Program-made: the position numbers and the translations under genes
Shown: positions 13,001-31,977 of the stretch, piece after piece
How the letters are laid out: the number at the start of each line of letters is the position of its first letter
How positions within the stretch are numbered: position 1 is the first letter of the stretch
The notes under the pieces: generated by a model
Databases searched by the model: none
Told to the model about the DNA's origin: nothing
The model's input: the letters and a program-made list of their open reading frames with translations, nothing else
Source: Penicillus capitatus
Lineage: Eukaryota; Plantae; Chlorophyta
DNA length: 64,000 nt
NCBI GenBank assembly: GCA_965649825.1
Contig: OZ287705.1
Location: 830,314-894,313 of the forward strand
Direction of reading: 5' to 3'

Positions 13001-13955
13001 GAATGTCGACGAGTCATATTTATCCTCCTCAGCTGCATACGATATCTCTTCTTTCATGTCGTCTAAAAGCAGTACAGTCCAAGAAACCAAACGTGGATGC
13101 ATAAGTGGGTGTACCTGGGTGTTCTACCCAGTCCTCTTGATATCTGCCCATGTCGATGGTATTCAAAGTGAGACGAACCACATTTAAGATGTCTTTATCC
13201 AATTCTAATTTGTGTCTTGTCTTTGTTCGTTTGTCAAACTCTGGACGATAACGAGCTAGAGGATATTTGCTGATCAACTGTGTTACCGATCCTTTGGCGC
13301 CATACTTTCTCCTGAATCACACACAAGCCACAAGATAATATCTCTGCCTACCAACAACAACTGAACCAGTGCAGCCCCATTTCTTTGCATGTTGCATCAA
13401 AGGTTGTGTTCGCTAGCTGATCAAATTGCTTTGGAACAACGATCTCCATGTCCTCGGACTGCATCAAGGTTTTATTGAGGTATTCTTTCAGTTTTAATCC
13501 CTGCTGCTTTGCTTTTGTCGTTGACTCAGTGAGCGAAAACAGATCATCTACACATAATGAGTGTGTGCAACAACTCTAAATCCATGGAGGCAGAATCAAA
13601 GCACTGACTTGATTTTGTGCTCGCAGCATTCTCATCATAGAGTGACAGATTCCAAGCATCATCTTCACCGGGCCGGGTGACGTCATGGTCCTCAAAAGAC
13701 GATCCACTGACGCGAGATTTCTTTGATAAATCACCGAACGCGGATTCGTAGAAGTCAAGGTCTTCTTCTTTGCCGTCTTGAGAAGACACAAGCCAACTTT
13801 CTATCCCTTTGCTACTCTTTTTCGGCCGTTGAGCTTTGCGTCTGTTGAGATCTTCTCACAGCAAAGAACAACATCGTAAGACAAGCAAAATACGATTCTG
13901 CATACCTTTCCATGGCTGTTGCTTCGAATATCGAGGCTGTAGCGAAGCTGGACAT
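10078..13955 (-). CDS. DEAH/RHA-family RNA helicase (DHX36/DHX57-like)
   Basis: [29 protein letters not shown] and HA2/OB-fold regions. The start is either MSSFATAS (13955) or MERR (13913). Confidence 0.93.
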
Positions 13956-13963
13956 GATAATGG

Positions 13964-14454
13964 ATGAAAGACAAGGTGATGGTGAAGGCCACTTACTTCC
14001 CTTACTCTTGGAAGCCAAATGTCGAATGGCTAGGGAGAAAAGATATCGATCCGGGCGTTGATGGGAGCATCCTGTATACATACACTGTTTACCCCGTTAG
14101 GAAGATAAGAAGAACCTGTCGGGAAGGCAACATGCTGAACCCTTGAGAGTAGGATCTCTAGACATAGGTGTCTGGCTGTGCTCTACCGCAACACACCAAC
14201 AAGTGTATGAACAGGGATCCGATCTGAAGATGGGGCGAGTCGCACATGAATACTGCTGGCGCACGTCTTTCCGACTTCCGACAGCGCAAGCATTCGATTT
14301 TTTTGATGGCATAGAAGACGCGAATCATCGACTACAATCATCAAGACATTACACTCTCGCAGAGCAAGATGACGTGACACAACATGATCGGACTCCACTT
14401 TCATTCCTTTCTGTTGCATTCTCTTCAGGAATGTCAATTGATCTCTGCTAGATA
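13964..14454 (+). CDS. Hypothetical small protein (multi-exon, ends uncertain)
   Basis: Two protein-like ORF pieces (KATYFPYSWKPNVEWLGRKDIDPG; AHEYCWRTSFRLPTAQAFDFFDGIEDA) fill the gap between the DExH start and the lipase stop. No family recognised. Confidence 0.35.
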
Positions 14455-14649
14455 AAAAATCTCGACTACAATGATTCAGACAGCAGGGTCCGTGGATAGA
14501 AGTGAAAACGAAATGCCAGATAGACTGCACGAAAGTGAGAGAAGTGTATCCACACCAACTCGTCCCCATATTGCATGAGAAGGAAAAAAACAGCAATCAC
14601 TTTCGTATTTGAGATTGATGACATCAGAGAGTGTATTTTGCGGTTTAGG

Positions 14650-16873
14650 TTAAGAACTGTTGTCTTCTTCCTTTTCTACTGTTTTGGACGATTGGATCTC
14701 TTTTGTTTTGGTGATTCGCATTGGACGTCCACGCATCTTGACATCTTTCTTGAAGAATTTGTCAACAGCGGCTTTCACGATCTCGTAGTAGTACGGTTGC
14801 ATATGCGTCCGAACACTCATTCCAGCAAAAGCCCTTGCGCGGATGACTTTTCCATCGTCTTTGAACTCGTCCTCGATGTTTTGCACATCGTCTGCGATAT
14901 TTCCAGACTGAAAGTTCTTCCCCTCGAGGGTCACCTCTCCGTTGATCTGAAGGAGCACTTCGTATTTCGTGTGCGAATAGATAATTGGTGGAAGGAAATG
15001 GACAAGATCGGTCGAGTTGACAACCCGGAGACTTTTGTCAACCGTCTGGTTGTAGTTTCGCACAAAGCCATCGTTCCCAACTCGCGGAGCTCCAAAGTTC
15101 ATCATTCCCACCTTCGGACCGACAAATACGTCTGTGTTGTCACGATGGATCCTCAAGATGTTCATAAACGACTTCAAGAACGACTTGTCCACGGGTACTC
15201 TAGAGAGACAGACGGTTTGAGATTATCGTCATCATCATTGAGAGAGAACAACGCACTTTCTGTTTGCGATTTCAAAGGCACAGAATGTGGCTAATGCGCC
15301 GCCCAGAGAATGACCTGTAACACATACAGTCCAATCCTCGTCCCAGTCCGTAATATCGTAGACGATTCTGAGAACGGATTCTCGAATAGAATCGTAGGCA
15401 TCTCTAAAGCCTTTGTGGACTTTGATGTCTTTGTCTAAAAGCTCCGTGGTGGGCTTCATGGCATAGTTTGTCGATAACTGAGAGGCTGTGAGCGGCACAG
15501 GCGTGAACGTGAGATCCGTAAGGATATCTTTTAGTCTATTGATTTCTGTTCCTCTGAATGCAACGATAACCACTTTGGCGTCGTTGTTGACATGGATCCA
15601 TGCTTGTGTGCCAGTTGTCTTGGCGTCAATAAAGGCCACCGGATTTGTGCTGATGAACCCAATATCTGTCATATTCGTGATGTCCTTCCAGTTTGTTTCA
15701 TCTTCGTCTGTCTCTTGTCTCTCCATCCACTTGCTACTGTCCTCTTCCAAGTCCATTTCGGACAGAGCGTCTGTGACGGACATAAATTTGGCAGTAAAGC
15801 ATACGCTGCCATGTTTGCCGTTGTCCTCGTTCTTATGTGTGAGATTGACCTCCATTTTCTGAGCGCAATGTTTTTTCAGTTTGGAAAGATCCAACACTGC
15901 TGTTCCGAGATGATCATCCTTGTCGATAGCGTTCATCATTGCACCCATACCTGTCCGCGTGTCTTTGTCCAAAACAGAGATAGTCAACTGGGCATCTGTA
16001 ATCGGCTCCAGTTGACGTTTTCTGAGGAGCAAATAGTGAGTCGAATCATTCCACACAGGACTCCCTGTATCGAATTTGGTTTCGCTTTTGGAGCATGATT
16101 CCCCTACTGAAAAGATGACGTAGGGATCACTATGTCCTTGGAACAATCCCTAGTTCCATGACAAAGTGTTTAGTGCATGTCGCAGATGGATGGGATGATA
16201 TCTCACATCAGAGTCTCTGAGGCCTTTTGCACTGTGCAGTTCGATCTTCAGTATACCCTCCAACGACTTGGTCAGCTCAGCCCTATGCAATGCATTCATG
16301 CATAAGTCACTAGACAGAAGCGACACGCGAACGCACATACCATTGGAAGTGTCGAATCTCGTTTTCCCGAACGGTTGTTTCGACGAGCCCGTCGACTTGT
16401 GCATTCTCGTAAGCCGAGAATGCGTAGTTTCCCATATTAGAGATTCCAGCCATGAGGGTCGACCGAGCAGGGTCATACATGTTGATCGGCTTCAGATAAG
16501 GGAAAAGTTTGTTGAACGCATCGGCGACGGTCGTGTCTATAAACGTTTGAGATTGGGTCCTGCTGAACCCTGGCAGAAAACTCTAAACACGACAATTCGT
16601 CAGCTGGTTCGTGTCTCGAGAAAAAAAAGGTAACGATGTCGCGCGTTGGTGCTTTATTCGAACCGTCATTCACCAACAAGGCTCGAATGAGCGTTTTAGT
16701 TGCGCTTTTTACGCAGCACGGGTTTCGCGCGACCTTCGCCGTTGTGAGGGTTTTCACGATGCGTTTATCTACGCCGGGACGCGTGTTGGCAGCACAACGA
16801 GAAAACGCATTCGGGTCATCCGCATGTCACAGCACAGTGCTTAGCACACAGCACATACCTTGAGGCCTTCCAT
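14650..16873 (-). CDS. C2-domain + class 3 lipase (triacylglycerol/galactolipase-like)
   Basis: C2 (LKIELHSAKGLRDSD...DPYVIFSV...PVWN), lipase VAFRGTE, VTGHSLGGA (GxSxG), FGAPRVGN and RVVNSTDLV. The start is uncertain. Confidence 0.88.
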
Positions 16874-17160
16874 GGTCGATGAGAAGAAGCGGTGAAAGAC
16901 TGACTGGAGCGTTGCCGAAAGAAAGATGTGCGGAGTTTGTCTTCGAGTCGCACTTCTTAACCAAGTGTTTCTTTCGTCTACGCTGTTCTAATACCGAAGG
17001 ATACTGAAAGAGCGGAAAAGACGGGCCGGTCACAGAAACAAACGAACTATGTGCGAATTTGAAACTGTTTCACAAACACGTAGAACAAACTTGGAAAACC
17101 AATTTACGGCCTCAGGTTAAATAATGCCTTCTCTTCATGACATAAATTTGTCGATGAAGC

Positions 17161-17800
17161 TCAGCTTCCCGGCGGAGTAGGTCTCTCTACAAGAACGACG
17201 ATCTTAAAAAACCGTCGAAGCTGCAACGCATATGCCTGATCAAGTTCGCGGTCTCTTCTGATGGCGGCTTTTATCTGTTGAAGCTTCTTGCCATATACCC
17301 TTTCCCTTTTGGAGACGATGAATCTCTCTTTGATATTGCAGCACGTTATCTTAACACAGTAAAGAAGTAAAGAATGAGAGATGGTTGTTTCGAATCAGGG
17401 TTGTTTGGCTATCGATCAAAGGCCATAGGACAGCAACAGCTTCCTGTCTTCCAATTTAGGATAAGACATGCTGCGATGGTCATTAACAGTGACGCCTTGT
17501 TCCCAACCTGAATAACGAATGCTTCTAGCAGAGCCAGCCTCTGGTCCCAATGGATGATCTACACGTGTGCATACAACAGCACGCTGAAAGACATGTCGTC
17601 CGGCAAGAAACAGGTGTGATATTCGAGATGCTGACCCATGTGATCACATATGATGCCTCCAAGAAACAGCAACCCTTTTCTGTGGAACGTCCATTGTGCG
17701 CCGAAAGATTACCTTTAAACTTCTTGTTCTTGTTTGTATCCGTTGTCCCTCTTGGAATGGAGTTCGCTGGCATCTTTACTTCCATCTGCCTTGTCTGCAT
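17161..17800 (-). CDS. Hypothetical multi-exon protein
   Basis: Exons MQTRQMEVK...KKFK, GLLFLGGIICDHMGQHLEYHTCFLP, RLALLEAFVIQ and NIKERFIVSKRERVYGKKLQQIKAAIRRDREL...PPGS*, linked by short GT-AG introns. One junction is unresolved. Confidence 0.5.
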
Positions 17801-17954
17801 AAGAGGTGAACCATCGATCGCCAAGAAAAAGAGAAACTGGACAAGATACTCGAGAATGGATGAGGCATCTGTGGAGAGACAGAGAGAACATCCATCTATC
17901 TACTCCGCCGTCGAGAGTTGCCAGAACATCGTCCCCGGCGTCATCATTCTCATA

Positions 17955-19925
17955 ATGCAGCGTCTACGCGTCTCCTGGTTCTTCTGTGCTTCTCTTCTTC
18001 TTCGCCTTTGCGGTGCCGCGTTGAACATTGTTCATGACTGCGACGAGGTTTATAACTATTGGGAGCCTTTGCATCGATTGCTCTACGGATTCGGGAAGGA
18101 ACCGTGGGAATACAGTCCACAATATGCGCTCCGCTCTTATCTCTATATCATCCTGCATTGGATATTCGCCGCCCCGCTTTCGTGGATCTTTGGCAGCGCT
18201 GTCTACAAAGTTCTCGTTTTTTACGGTGTGCGATGCGTGTTTGCAGTCATCTCTGCCATCCTCGAAATGCAGCTGTACAGGTGTAGACCCAGATCATTGG
18301 ACATAGAGGTCTAAAAGCGGCCGTGCTATGTGTTAGGAGTGTGACTCGTGTATTTCCAGCTGTTTCATCTCTGTTGGCTGTCAGTCTTCTGTGCAATGCC
18401 GGGCTGTCTTTGGCAAGCACCACCTTTTTGCCAAGCACCTTCGCGATGCACTGCATGACAGCAGCTGCTGTCGCTGTTGTGCATCAAAACACCAAGGTCT
18501 GAAATCCTCTCTTGCCTTTCGGATGAGCGAAGCAGTCTTTTCAGGCAGTCATCTTTGCAGCTGTCTTGGCTGTTGTGTTGGGATGGCCTGTGTGTGGAGT
18601 GGCTTTTCTTCCGTATGCCATTCACGTTCTCCTACAACCACACCTCTTCCAATCGTTCTCTTTTCTGTTTGCATCACTGGTTGCTGTCCTCATTCCGTTC
18701 TCACTGAGTGATTTCCTGTTCTATGGTAGAACAACGGTTTGATCTGTGTCCCTTGTCGGGTCACGCACTCAATGTCTGACGTGTGTGACTAGTTGTCCTT
18801 GTGGAACTTCGTCGAGTATAATGTGATTGGAGGAGGCCAAAGTGCTCTGTACGGAGTCGAGTCGACAAGCTTCTACTTAAGGAATGGCCTATTGAATTTC
18901 AATGTGCTGCTTTTCTTGTCCTTTTGCTTTCCGGTATGTACATAGAACAATCTGCAGATGGTTTTGATTCGAAGTCATTGAGGTTCTTGTCTTGATTCTT
19001 CCTTCGAACAATTCAACGAAGGACGCTTCGGCCAACACAAGACAAACGGGAATACCAAATAGAGCTGACCTTAGAAGGCTGTTTCTGGCATGCTGTCCGG
19101 CCTATGTGTGGATAGGGGCATTATCCCTTTTGCCACACAAGGAAGAGCGATTCCTGTACGTTGTCTACTCTCAGGTAAATCTTCTGTCTTCCATTATCCA
19201 AAACACGAACATGCTGTAGATCTGTGTCAGTGGTGCATTGAGTCTCGGCCTCATTGCTCAGTGGATGGCGCACCTGCACATTCCCAAGGTGCCCATTAGG
19301 TGCCTAAGTCAGTTACTGGTATCGATGAGTCTCTTTGCCTACGTCACTCTTTCTATCATGCGGATTGCGGCTGTATGGGTGAACTTTCGAGCGCCTATGT
19401 CCATCTACAGGGCTCTTCCATTGTCTCCAACCAAAGACAGAGTATATGTCTGCACCGGAGATGAATGGCATCGATTTCCATCATCTTTCTTCCTTCCATC
19501 TCCCTCATACAGACTTGGATACTTGGAACAGAAGTTTGATGGTAAGACATCATCCATCCACTCTTTGACAGAGTTCGTCGTTGTCTCTGACGACATCGTC
19601 AGGTTTGCTTCCGGGCGATTTCTCTGAGGAGGAGATGGGAACATGCGTATTGCATCGTCACTTCAATGACCAAAACCGAGTGGCGCAAGAAAACTATGTA
19701 GATATTGGTGCATGCGATTTCATTGTGGATTTCGTAGCGCCTGGGGGAGATACCTTGGCAGCCCGGTACGATCCAGATGGCAAATGGTCGGTTATTTCGA
19801 GTTTGAAAATCATGGATCGCCTGTATTCTCCCTGGTTGACACGCGTCCTCTACTTTCCAGTCCTCAACGACGTCTATAACAACTTTGGGATGTATGTTTT
19901 GTACGAAAAGGCCCGCGGAACGTGA
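17955..19925 (+). CDS. ALG9: Alpha-1,2-mannosyltransferase ALG9
   Basis: IVHDCDEVYNYWEPLH...WEYSPQYALRSY, LPHKEERF and VCTGDEWHRFPSSFFLP. Confidence 0.93.
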
Positions 19926-20152
19926 ACTCGGGCGGAAGTGCTGTGTACTGGATTTAGAGCATACCGTCGCATTCACTGAAATTTCCCGTTTCAGCTAGAT
20001 CAGATGGCCGTTGACCGCTCGCTTTGTTATTCGCAATGCTCAGGACAAACGGTTTGCCTCTACTTAAAGGACGCATTTGGATGCAGATTCATAAACTCCT
20101 CACGCATAGTTAAAGCACTTCCTCTATCGTTCGTCTTTACTCGCGCAAGAGC

Positions 20153-21231
20153 ATGAAGATGACTCCTCTCGGACAGATTCTTGTCGTTGTCGTTCTCTCC
20201 GTTACCTTGTTGCCGGCAGAAGTTCAGGGTACATTACTGGCAGCGCATGCTCGCCGTTGACTACGGGCGTTGTGATAAGCCATCTTGGTTTCGCAGGGAA
20301 TAATACAAAAGCCACGGTCGTTGCAGAGGTGAATGGCAGTGGCCATGCAAATGGAATAGCAAAGGCCGTTACAGACGGGAAGACGGGCTCAGGAAACAGC
20401 GAGGCAAATGTCAGTCCTGCGTCCCGCCTCTCCGAGACCCAATAGCGAATTTGTATATATCGTTAGGTCAGAGTTGTCGGAAAGGATGGAGGCTCTGTTA
20501 AGGGTGAAGTGACAGCCGTATCTAAAGACGGCGGCGACGCGAAGGCTTCTCTTGCAGTGGAGGCAGCAGGTACACAAGGCAGATATTGATTGACTCATGT
20601 CAAACTGTAATGGGTCGCAGATGGTGCCACAGTCGATTCGAAGGTGGCGGCTGTTGCCGAAGGAGAAGGCGCAACGGCTGTGCTGGAAAAAGTCATCGCC
20701 GCAAGTAAGACACTCTGCTCGCTTTCCTGACCTGCGATTGCGAGCCTCGATTCGTGGATACAGATGGCAATGTTGATGTGGCGACTGTTTCTGTGAAACA
20801 GGCTATCGCTAAGGGAAACGGAGTTGTTGCTGCACGCATTCTGGACAAAGCCTTCGTGAATGGCAAACTTGTGCACGAGGACGTCAGGGAAGGTAAGGGA
20901 CATTCCGACCACATCGCATACAGAATTCACTCTCACATTTTTAGTCGTCTATGTCTCATTGGTCAAAGCCGTCGATGATCATTCCATCGATCGCTATGCC
21001 ATTGCAAAGTTCATCTATCAGGCAGTCTCCTCGTCTGAAGGCAATCCCGCTGCCTTTGTCAAGCTGCTTGCGCGATTAGTCAAGGAACGTGATTGCGATT
21101 ATGTCTTTCTGATTTTGGAAGAGGTCGAACGGCTTGCCGTCGCCGATGGAAAGGACGAATTCCTTCTCTCCATGATTTACAATGAACGTCCTCTTGTTCG
21201 TTGCTTCTATCCTGCCTGCTCAAGTAAATGA
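20153..21231 (+). CDS. Secreted Ala/Val/Gly-rich protein with a Cys-containing C-terminal domain
   Basis: Signal-peptide-like MKMTPLGQILVVVVLSVTLLPAEVQG, small-residue repeats (ATVVAEVNGSGHANGIAKAV) and C-terminus RDCDY...VRCFYPACSSK*; about four introns. Confidence 0.75.
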
Positions 21232-21259
21232 CATTGCCCACAACTGCTGCTTCATCTGA

Positions 21260-21840
21260 CAGATGTCTGCTGCAACAGCTCACGAGCCTTGTTGCTCCAT
21301 TAATCGCATCAAGACCAATTTCTGCGAACTCTGTCCAATGTGCGTTCTCATCCGTCTTTGATCGAGTACATCGTTCGATGGTATTGTGATGTGACTTAGG
21401 AATGGAATGTGTGACTATAAATCTTACGGGAAAAAATATATTGATGTCCTCAAGACGGCTCCAGATACAAAGGGCGTTATCAAGAAATGCGCATGCCCTG
21501 TTTAAGTTAAGAACCGAAGATATGCACTTCAGAATAAGAAGTAGTTATGCCTTCTCGTTCAAAGACGGCGGATAGAATCAAGTTTCGCTGGATGATATGG
21601 TCACGAGACATGTTCGCGGAGAATAGACATTTCTCCGTTAAGATGTTTCAGCCACTATCACTGGTTGCACTCCATCATAAGCGATTGCTCGTCGCGGAGA
21701 GAATAACAAGAGCAGTTCATTCGGACGTCCCTACCGTTTTGTTAAACTGACCGTGTAACACTGTCTAGTTATAACAACCCCGTATTCTTAACGGCACTGC
21801 CTCTCATTCCGAGATCTCCTTGAAAAACAGTTGTATACAT
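21260..21840 (-). CDS. Possible cryptic multi-exon gene
   Basis: Phase-compatible exons GRPNELLLLFSPRRAIAYDGVQP|RNLILSAVFERE and a GTAAG donor near 21430. The 3' end is unresolved. Confidence 0.3.
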
Positions 21841-21880
21841 GCATGTCAGTTGAATCCCTCTCTCCAATGCATGTCTCTCT

Positions 21881-23322
21881 CTAGGCAATGTTCAGGACAG
21901 TCCATCCAGGACTGTTCTCTTCGTAGGGGAGAACGGTAATCGGGCCACGGACAAATGTCCATAGATCTCGACGCACAGAGGTTCTGTCTTCAACCACCTC
22001 ACCCGTCGAACGAAAGAGCCTGTAGTGTTCATTTCTGGTGAATCGCACATATATCATCACAAAAAAGCTCTCCTTTCCATCCACCACATCTGGAATGTCG
22101 AATTCGTTGCCAAACCTAAAATCGATGCACAGATGCCACGTCGCGAATGTGAAATGCTGAGACATACTGAATCAGTGTCTTTGCTTTGACGATCTTCAAT
22201 GCATAGACGTATGCTCCGAGAATGTTCTCAGGGGTGATCGAAAACTGCAATCCTTTGTTTCGAAATTCATCCGATGCATCCCTAGAACGGAACGCACAAT
22301 TTTCAAACGAACTCTCAATCTCCAAAGCTTGCCTTACTTCATCGTTCTGTGCAGTTTGCTGGACACCATTGGCTTAAGTGTCTCGAAGTCTCCCTCTTCG
22401 AACAAGTGGTTCACTTCAGCAAGATTGTGAACCCATGGTGATTTCGATGGCATTTCATCGTACCCATATAGAACGCATCCTTTGCTCCTTCGAGGAAATC
22501 AGAGATGTCAAAATTGCTGTCGATCACATTCTTAACGATGTGTTGATAGAATCCATTCTACACAGCAGCAGATGGACTCGTTTTCTCGGCAAAGGCTCCA
22601 AAGAATCTCGTGGCCTTACGAAGATTGCCTCAACAAACGTGGACGTCCCTGCCAACCAATTCCGAAGAAATGGACTGAATCCCTGCAGCGCCTGCCCACG
22701 AAAGTTGAATGCCTTTTTCGAATTCTGAAGACCATCAAGAAAATCTGAGACAGAACGCTCATCCGGCATTCTATTCCCCATCCATCATAACGCACCTGTC
22801 AGTCTTTTCACTTGTTGCTTGATATCGTCGTCAACCGAAGTCGACGGATCGGAGGCAACATTTCCTTTCTCATTCGCCCCTCTCTTGTCGTTTGGATTCT
22901 CTTCTTTCATCTGATCCATGCGAGCAGACTGCTGCTTTCCCTCTGTTGTCTCTGTAGGTGTGGCAGGCGCAGCAGGACTCTCATTTTTGGCCTTGTCCGC
23001 TGCATTCTTGATGCCTTCTGTAGAGGAAGGCTTTGATTCTGAGGTTTTCCCGTTTTTGTGTTTATTATCCGATGAATACGTCGAACAGAATCGATTCAAC
23101 AGCTCCGACTTCGACTCTCCGACAGAAGACAGAAACTGAGAGAACACTTGTCTCGAGGACGATACAAGAGTCCCCTACCGGAAAGAGGCGTGTTCTTTCG
23201 GGAACTCTTGTACCCCTTTCGCTTTGTGGTTTTATGCGTTCGGCACCAATCCTTACCAAAAAGTCTCTCAGCGAAGAAGAAGAAGACTGCAGCGATCGCA
23301 ATGTTCTATAGCTGCGAGACAT
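21881..23322 (-). CDS. Tim44-like domain protein (Tim44/mL45/Mba1 family), mitochondrial
   Basis: Presequence-like MSRSYRTLRSLQSSSSSLR; C-terminal VMIYVRF...STGEVVEDRTSVRRDLWTFVRG...PGWTVLNI. Confidence 0.8.
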
Positions 23323-23573
23323 GGCTACGCGAACACGATATCGCCGTCATCTACTTCATTTTCAGCATCATCTTCTCGCAGTCGAAGCGGTGGAAGGTCC
23401 CGTCCACGGTAGACGGTTGATGAGAACGTCGAATGACACACAAATGCATGCACGCCATTCGACAACGAGGGGATAGCGGATGCAACAAAGTGCAAGGATC
23501 ATCATTCACAGAATAGAAGAGTGTCTAAACAGAGGTCTCTCACATTGGGTATTGTACCGTGTGCATCGGAGCC

Positions 23574-24382
23574 TTATGCTATTTCCTGTGTCGGATAATC
23601 AAAGACCACCTCTCTTCCAGTGAGCTTCTTGTAGACTCCCATGAATGTATCCAACTTATATTCAGTGGCGTTCCGCTCCTTGGCATCCAGAAAGACCTGA
23701 AACAAGCGAACATTTGGCGGCGGCAAAGATTGATTTGGCTTATGCCTTCAACACTTTGGAACCATCTGCTCGATATCGCACACGTTTGCCAACGACCTCT
23801 GTTGGAAAAACAACATCTTCCAGAATGGCATTATGGACCTGACATGCACACCACCATTACCACCATCATCGTTGCCGAGGCCAACATAGTTGGATACTAT
23901 ACCGATGTAAGCGTACGACTCCTTGGCCGTGCCCGAGTGTATCCCACTTTTGGGACACTCAGAATTCTTCGAACCCCGACGATCACAACGTCTTTGCCAC
24001 TAAACCTCTTTTCCAGCTCTCGCACTAACCGAGGCTGAATCTGGTGATAAAGATTCAGCAAACGGAATGGGACCTCAAAGAAGAGATGCCATTCGTTTGT
24101 AGGTTCCTTCATTCAAGAGAGAGCAGAACGGGTCACTTGAATGACAATCGCTTTTCTCGTCGTGCCAACGATGTCGACCTCTTTGGCACCACTGATGTAT
24201 AAATCTCTTAGAGCTGCTTTCAGTTCAGTGTTGGTAGCTTCGAGATCGAACAGTGCCTAGCCAGAGTACTTTGGCCAGGAAGTGTCTTTGCCGCCAAAGA
24301 GTGATACCTGTGCGACAGATGTTTCGAACGGATCCGGCTCGCCTCCTTTCTCTTTAAGGATTTTATTCCGAGCACCGGCCAT
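23574..24382 (-). CDS. RPS7: 40S ribosomal protein S7 (eS7)
   Basis: [20 protein letters not shown]..., [26 protein letters not shown] and [23 protein letters not shown]. Confidence 0.97.
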
Positions 24383-24464
24383 TGTCTTCAACCGCGAGCT
24401 CGCTCAGAAATGCGCCGCCAGATAGAGCCTTAACGATCGTATCTTTTTCATTATCTAGTGAGCA

Positions 24465-24806
24465 ATGTCTTCCATTCAAACGTTGACGGGTAGCGCGGAA
24501 AAATGGCGCCGTGCCATGCAACAACGATCGAGGAGATGCAGGGTGACGATCCGATGTGTCCGAAGCGAAAGGTCTATCTTTCAAGCACATCCGCCGAGAG
24601 GAAGAGTCACTCTCTTGGACGTCGAAGACGCAGTGATGGCTTGCTCTGTGTGTCGTGACGATAAGAGTCGCCACGAATGCTTCGAAATCTTCGGCATTGA
24701 TGCGAAGAGGGTCGACGTGTACTATCACATCACAAAAAGCCTCGAAGATACCATCCAAAAGAATGATCCTGTTCCAATGCGCTGCCGCATCATGTTTAAA
24801 AGATAG
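24465..24806 (+). CDS. Small putative plastid protein with a CxxC-x7-C motif
   Basis: Intronless 113-aa ORF with an Arg/Ser-rich transit-like N-terminus (RVTIRC) followed by AVMACSVCRDDKSRHECFEIFGID. Confidence 0.65.
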   Translation: MSSIQTLTGSAEKWRRAMQQRSRRCRVTIRCVRSERSIFQAHPPRGRVTLLDVEDAVMACSVCRDDKSRHECFEIFGIDAKRVDVYYHITKSLEDTIQKNDPVPMRCRIMFKR

Positions 24807-25048
24807 ATCATTATTTTTGTGTAGTCGCTGTCTCGCATCACACATTTGCCTGATGATGTTCTACTATGACGCGACAAACAATAATGTCCGCATTCAGCAA
24901 CTATCTTTTTTGTTTCTGACTGAGAAGAATGGAGCGTCTCTGTTTGATAATCGGGTTGTATTCCTGTTCAACGCGTAACGAATGCCGTGTGCAGCACAGA
25001 AGATGATCGGACTTGTAAATCGACCCATGTTTGTATCTGACATTGTCA

Positions 25049-25661
25049 TCATGTCTCTGTGTCCACAGTGATCGTGTCCTTGGTCATCACTGGCGAATGA
25101 CCCTCGTCCAAATCTACTACGGATTCTCCTTGTTCCTCCCAAAGCGTCTGCAGATCTAGAAACTTTCTTTTTTCGTCTGTCATGAGATGAATGAAGATGC
25201 TTCCAGCATCAACAACGACCCATTCCGAACTGCCATCTCCTTGAACTTCAGGAGGCAGATCTCTCGCCAAGTCAACGATTTGAGATCTTCTCATCTCTTC
25301 TTTCAGCTAAAACCGACACATTCCAAAATCATTGTGCTTCACGATCACGGCGACGGCCCACCCGAAAGAGGACAGCACTTCCCAGACGTTCGAGGTGTTG
25401 ATGCGAATGGCCGGTTGCCAGAATGAAGTAATCTGTATAATTACACTTCTGCCGCATATCCATGACAACGATGTCTCGCGCTTGTGCTTTAGAGAGCACA
25501 GACGTCACCTGCAATCGACACATATCATCATTCCAGACAGTGTCCCAGTCACTTACTGTCTCAGGTCGAAGTACGGAAGCGTAGATCTTTCTTTCGGACG
25601 CTTCCTTTGTCAACCATCTCACGAATGGATAGGCCAGATGCCTTATCGAAGGTATAGCCAT
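25049..25661 (-). CDS. Iojap/RsfS ribosome silencing factor (MALSU1-like)
   Basis: ARDIVVMD...DYFILATGHSHQHL and SEWVVVDAGSIFIHLMTDEKRKFLDLQTLW. Confidence 0.9.
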
Positions 25662-25711
25662 TTTGTATGCGTTTAGATGCAAATTGACAGTTAATGGAGT
25701 CGGGGTTTCAC

Positions 25712-28659
<2,948 letters not shown>

Positions 28660-28763
28660 TGGTCTCACATTCTTGATGTGACGTATATCGCTATCGGCAT
28701 CATTTAAAGAAGCGCCGTTCCTAATGCAAATCGGTTGCTTCGCCGTCTGCAGTTTTGTTCAAA

Positions 28764-31977
<3,214 letters not shown>

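Noticed and set aside
14183-14596. Minus-strand ORF reading through TAG into the helicase
   Set aside because: The helicase has a satisfactory start at 13955/13913 and the plus strand here looks more coding.
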